A stretch of DNA of 64,000 nt from an uncultured Nitrososphaeraceae archaeon. GTDB lineage: Archaea; Thermoproteota; Nitrososphaeria; Nitrososphaerales; Nitrososphaeraceae. This document shows positions 59,580 through 64,000 of the stretch, one piece after another. Each line of letters begins with the position of its first letter. The first letter of the stretch is position 1. The stretch is taken from assembly GCA_963825865.1 (NCBI GenBank), contig CAWGVG010000015.1:64001-128000 (forward strand), in the 5' to 3' direction. The notes under the pieces were generated by a model that did not search any database, was not told the DNA's origin, and was given only the letters and a program-made list of their open reading frames with translations. The position numbers and the translations under genes are program-made.

Positions 59580-59753
59580 ATGGAAAATAATACCAACAAT
59601 AAAGAAGTCACCAAAACCTGGGTTAGTGGACAAAATTCTTGCACACTTGTTATCCCTCGATCGGTGGCCAAGGAATACGGCTTAGACTCGCCTTCGCACG
59701 TAGTAGTAGAGAGGATTCCACAAGGGATCCTGATCAGAAAGCTGGAAGTCTAG
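59580..59753 (+). CDS. AbrB/MazE/SpoVT-family DNA-binding protein, 57 aa (not in ORF track)
   Basis: MENNTNNKEVTKTWVSGQNSCTLVIPRSVAKEYGLDSPSHVVVERIPQGILIRKLEV*. Confidence 0.8.
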   Translation: MENNTNNKEVTKTWVSGQNSCTLVIPRSVAKEYGLDSPSHVVVERIPQGILIRKLEV

Positions 59754-59782
59754 AGTAAGGATTAGAGGAGAGAAAAAAAGAG

Positions 59783-62700
59783 ATGATATCTGATAATTTA
59801 CTATCCCACGATGATAATAAAGTTATCCCACATCTAATATTGACCGAGTATCACAGAATGGGTTTTAAGCTAGTACCTCTCGGAGAGGACTCTAAAACCC
59901 CGACCATCAGCTCTACTAATGACATTTACAACGATCCTAATTATTGGACAGAAGAAAAGCTGATCAAAGAGTATTCTAGATTTTCAAATATTGCTACTAC
60001 ATTTGGCATAACTTACACTTCAGAAGGCGAAGCAAACGAGAATAAAAAAGTGTACCTCCACTGCCTGGATATTGATAGTGATAATGTTCTAGCTATTTTA
60101 TTTGACTTCTTAGAGGAGCTGAAATCCAAAACATTTGTAACTAAAACTAAGAAGGATTGCGGTTACCATATTTACTGGTTAAGTCACTCGCAACATACAT
60201 CAATTGGAGCTCGCAGATGCAAACTTGGTTATGAGTTTGAAATCAAGAGTGATAATTCGCTTGGACTTTGTACATTGCCACCCAGCATACACAGGGACGA
60301 TCCTACATTTAGGTATAGAAGTATAGGACTGGATTGTAAAATAACTATTGATGATGGGTTATACCACAAACTGGTAGGTATGCTTTATGATAGGTGTCTC
60401 AAGTCCCAGAACGCCAATGTGATAAAAGATAATCAAAAAGGATTCTAATTTAGCAGGTGTAGATAAAATAACAAAAAGTGAGACTCTTTCTACCGCTACT
60501 TTTAGATCCCTAGATGAACATGCTATAGAACAAGCGGCAGATGCACTTAGGATCAGTTATCAAAGAGGTCATAGAAATTCTATAATTTTTGGTCTTGGTG
60601 GATTATTATTCAAGTCCAGTGTTTCTCTACAAAGTGCACATGATCTGGTTGCCAGGCTATGTGATCATACTAAAGATGAAGAAAAGAGTAGCAGACTGGA
60701 AGTTTTAAACAGCACATACATGAAGGGTTTAAACGGCGATGACGTTAAAGGCACTGCTCAGCTTCTCGATATATTTACTACATTAAATGGAGGAGATAAA
60801 AATTCTGCAAGACAGTTTTTGAAAGATATCTGTCAGGTTCTAGGTGTGAACGGAAGCATTAGCAATAATGATGAATCTAGTGCACCAACGCCTACTACAA
60901 CTCAAACTCTGATACAACTAGCCAAAGAAAACACCTTATTATTTTTCAAAGATCAATTTGATATCACCTATGCCAAAGTTAAGGTACATCAACATTCTGA
61001 GGTAATAGCACTTGCCAGTTCCAAATTCGAATATCTACTAAGTAAACTCTATTTTGAACATACAAGAGGTGAGGTGGCAGGTCAAGAATCATTAAACAAT
61101 GCTATACGTGTGCTAATTTCACAGACTTTGTTTGACAGTCCAACAGTAACCTTAAACCTAAGGGTTGCATGGGGATGTGAACTGCAAAGTAAAGATTGGG
61201 AAATTTATTACGATCTAGCAGACCCTCTGTGGAGTTGTATTAAGATAACTCAGCAAGATTGGGAAATCATACAAGACCCTCCAGTATTATTTATCCGGTT
61301 TAATCAAAAAGCGCAGATTGAACCTGAGAGAAACTATCCTATTGACATATTTGATAAGTATCTTGATTTAATGCACATAAACAACCCAGACCACAGACTG
61401 TTAATCAAAGTCTGGACTATTGCAGCATTTATTCCAGATATCCCACATCCAATAAGTATTCCATACGGTGAAAAGGGAAGTGTAAAGACCACATACTGCA
61501 AATTCCAAAAAAGGTTAATCGATCCTGACAAAATAGAGCTTCTTACTGTTCCTCAAGAGAAAAGCGAATTTGTGCAACAGCAATATCACAACTACCTTAC
61601 TGTCTACGATAATATCAAAACCGTTCCATATTGGTTTTCTGACGAAGTTTGCAAAGCAATAACGGGAATTGGAAGTAGCAAGAGAAGACTTTACACTGAT
61701 GACGATGATGTGATCTACAGTTACAAACGCCTTCTCATAATAAATGGCATCAATAATAGTCTAACTGAGCCTGATGCCTTAGATCGCAGTATCCTCAAAG
61801 AGTTCGAACGAATAACTGACGATCAGAGAAAGGAAGAGTCCAAGGTAGAGGCTGAATTTGAAGAAATGAAGCCAAAACTTTTAGGATATATATTTGACGT
61901 TTTAGTAAAATCCCTACGAATCAAGCCTAGATAGAATTACGTAACTTGCCCAGGATGGCCGATTTTGCAGTTTGGGGAGAAGCCATTGCAAGGGCCATAG
62001 GCTATAAGCCAATGGAGTTTATTGAGGCATACTATCGAAATATAGGTAGGCAAAATGTAGAAGCAATAGAATCAAATCCGTTAGCTCAGACATTAGATAA
62101 GTTTGTAGATAGCTGGTACAAAGAAGGACAGGAAGCTTGCTGGCAAAGTCCTACTTCTAAGGTTTTAGAAAAGCTAAACAAGACAGCCCAGGCGTATGGT
62201 ATAGACACAAGCAGTAAATTATGGCCTAAAGCCGCCAATTCCTTAACAAAGAGGCTAAGGCCTATACTATCAAACCTAAGGGAGGGTCTAGGAATCCATG
62301 TTGTCATCAGCAGAAACTCTACTGGCAAAAACAAAAACACTTCAACCATAAGAATACTGAAAAAACCTCCACTACCTCCACCATCTCCACCAGACCAAAA
62401 CAAGCACAAAATTATAATGAAAATGGTGGAGGTATATTGAGTAGTGGACATACATACCTCCACTCAACAGCATATATCTCCACTAGAAGATATCCAAAAT
62501 CGTGCTCAAAACACAGAAAGTGGAGATAGTGGACATAGTGGAGGTATTATTCCTACCTTAGAGGAGCAGAACCATCTAGACATCGCTGTCAACGATATTC
62601 TGAAAAAGTATGTTGCATTTGACCTCGAATGGACAACATCTTCAGAAGAATCTGCTTCCACAGGATTTGCAACCACATACTCAATAGGAACAAAGATCAC

Positions 62701-64000
62701 AGCAGCTGCTTTTGTAGACAATGAAGGGAAAAGCAAAGTCCTACACGTATCAGACTATTCTAATTCCGACAATCCTGAACATGAACTCTTAGTAGATGTT
62801 AATAAAGAGCTGTTAAAGTATGACTATTCACTTGGATGGTATTCTACTGGTGTTGCTATTTATCATGAAGACACTCAAGAGTACCTTGATGGTGTTGACT
62901 CGGATCTTGCTTATTGCATAACAGGTGTTTAGCAAATGGTGTTGATTCTGTAATTGATTTTAATAGCGCAGGTATTCCATACATAAGGGGTCAAAAACAC
63001 ATTGACCTGCATTCTGTATTTGGCAAACCAATGGTACAGACTACAATCTTTAAGAATGCTTACAGAACCCTCAAACTTGAGGAAGTATCCAAAGCTGTAT
63101 TAGGAGACGGTAGTGTTGAAACAGGTGAAGGAAAATACAAAGGGCTAACAGGTAAAGACATTCATACTCTTTCAGTTGAAGAACAAAGGAAGTATGTTCT
63201 AAGAGATGCAGAGCTAGTAATACAACTTTCAAAGCATAACAATGGTGAAGTCCTTGATGCTATGAAATCTATCTCGGAAATAACTGGACTGGATTTTGAA
63301 AGAGTCTGTGGAACTGGCATATCTACATGGTGGGGAGCTATTTTTGATAATATGATGTCTAATGGAGAACACGAATCACCAGCCTTATCATTAACAAAAA
63401 GAAACAAGAACTAACAGATCTAGAGTATAGAGGTGGAATAGTCCTTCAACCAAAGAGGGGACTTTACCATAATCTCATTGTTGTTGATGTTGCGAGTTTG
63501 TACCCTTCAATGGCAATACTTCACAATATATCATTTGACACAATTAACTGTGAATGTTGTAAAGATAGTAATCTTGACTTGAAGACAAACAAAGACATTA
63601 CAAAAGATTGTAGAATAGAAAAAGAATAGAATGGATATGTAAATTAAAAGAAGGTGCGTTTCCAAAGAAATTAAAAGTATTCAAAGAAGAGAGACTACAA
63701 CAAAAGAGACTAGGAAATCAAGTAAAGCAACTAGCTTTAAAAATTCTAATTAATGGCGGGTATGGAGTCTTTGGAAGTCAATATTTCAAGTATTATGATC
63801 CAAGAGTAGCAGAACTAATCACAGCTTATGGTAGACATACACTTTCAAAAATGCAATCAATTGCCAAAGACATAGGCTTTGAAATAGTATATGGAGATAC
63901 TGATTCCCTTATTCCTTCGCTATAACAATAATAATGCAGTATTTATCTCTGAAGGCATGAAAAAATCGTTTCAAGAGTTCAAGAAGAATGTAGCAAACAA
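59783..64000 (+). CDS. Putative single fusion replicase: Prim-Pol AEP + PriCT + SF3-like helicase + proofreading exonuclease + family B DNA polymerase (split by indels; runs off window end)
   Basis: AEP LDIDS, GYHIY, LPPSIH; PriCT GHRNSIIFGL; Walker A GEKGSVKT, YDN, INGIN, DALDR; exonuclease FDLEW and YVLRDA; PolB YRGG, DVASLYPS, KILINGGYG, YGDTDS. Confidence 0.75.
62365..62545. repeat. Mirror-symmetric array of ten 9-bp repeats (iteron-like; candidate origin)
   Basis: A(C/T)(C/G)TCCAC(T/C) forward at 62365, 62374, 62383, 62456, 62476; reverse at 62425, 62443, 62519, 62528, 62537. Confidence 0.85.

Larger units (their letters stand above)
56215..64000. mobile_element. Integrated mobile element at tRNA-Pro (right end outside window)
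   Basis: Integrase starts 60 nt after the tRNA 3' end and is followed by regulators, a Toprim protein and a primase-helicase-PolB module. Confidence 0.85.

Noticed and set aside
62365-62545. CRISPR array
   Set aside because: The repeats are 9 bp, occur in both orientations, lie inside a coding region, and no cas genes are present.
56215-64000. Casposon or provirus
   Set aside because: No Cas1, TIR, capsid, terminase or protein-primed PolB features are visible; the integrase is a tyrosine recombinase. Downstream content is unseen.

Overview
AT-rich archaeal chromosomal DNA whose gene content points to an ammonia-oxidising archaeon (Nitrososphaerales/Thaumarchaeota; the taxon is my inference). 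Positions 1-56 kb are mostly core genes: leuS, alaS, aspS-gatCAB, EF-2, futalosine genes mqnC/E/D, HMG-CoA synthase, mpgS, asnB, purP, tatAC, ilvE, aspartokinase, sulfite reductase plus rhodanese, trm56-hflX-mbf1, NAC, P-II and an ABC exporter. This part also holds two tRNAs with non-canonical BHB introns, one IS5-family element with intact ends, and several unannotated microproteins. Many essential genes are split by 1-2 nt indels, which indicates consensus errors rather than pseudogenisation. From tRNA-Pro (56.2 kb) to the window end lies an integrated mobile element. It encodes a tyrosine integrase, RHH-like and AbrB regulators and a stand-alone Topo VI-A/Spo11-like protein. It also encodes what reads as one giant (>1400 aa) AEP primase-PriCT-SF3 helicase-3'-5' exonuclease-family B polymerase fusion. 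The helicase/polymerase linker of that gene contains a mirror-symmetric array of ten 9-bp iteron-like repeats, a candidate origin inside the gene.
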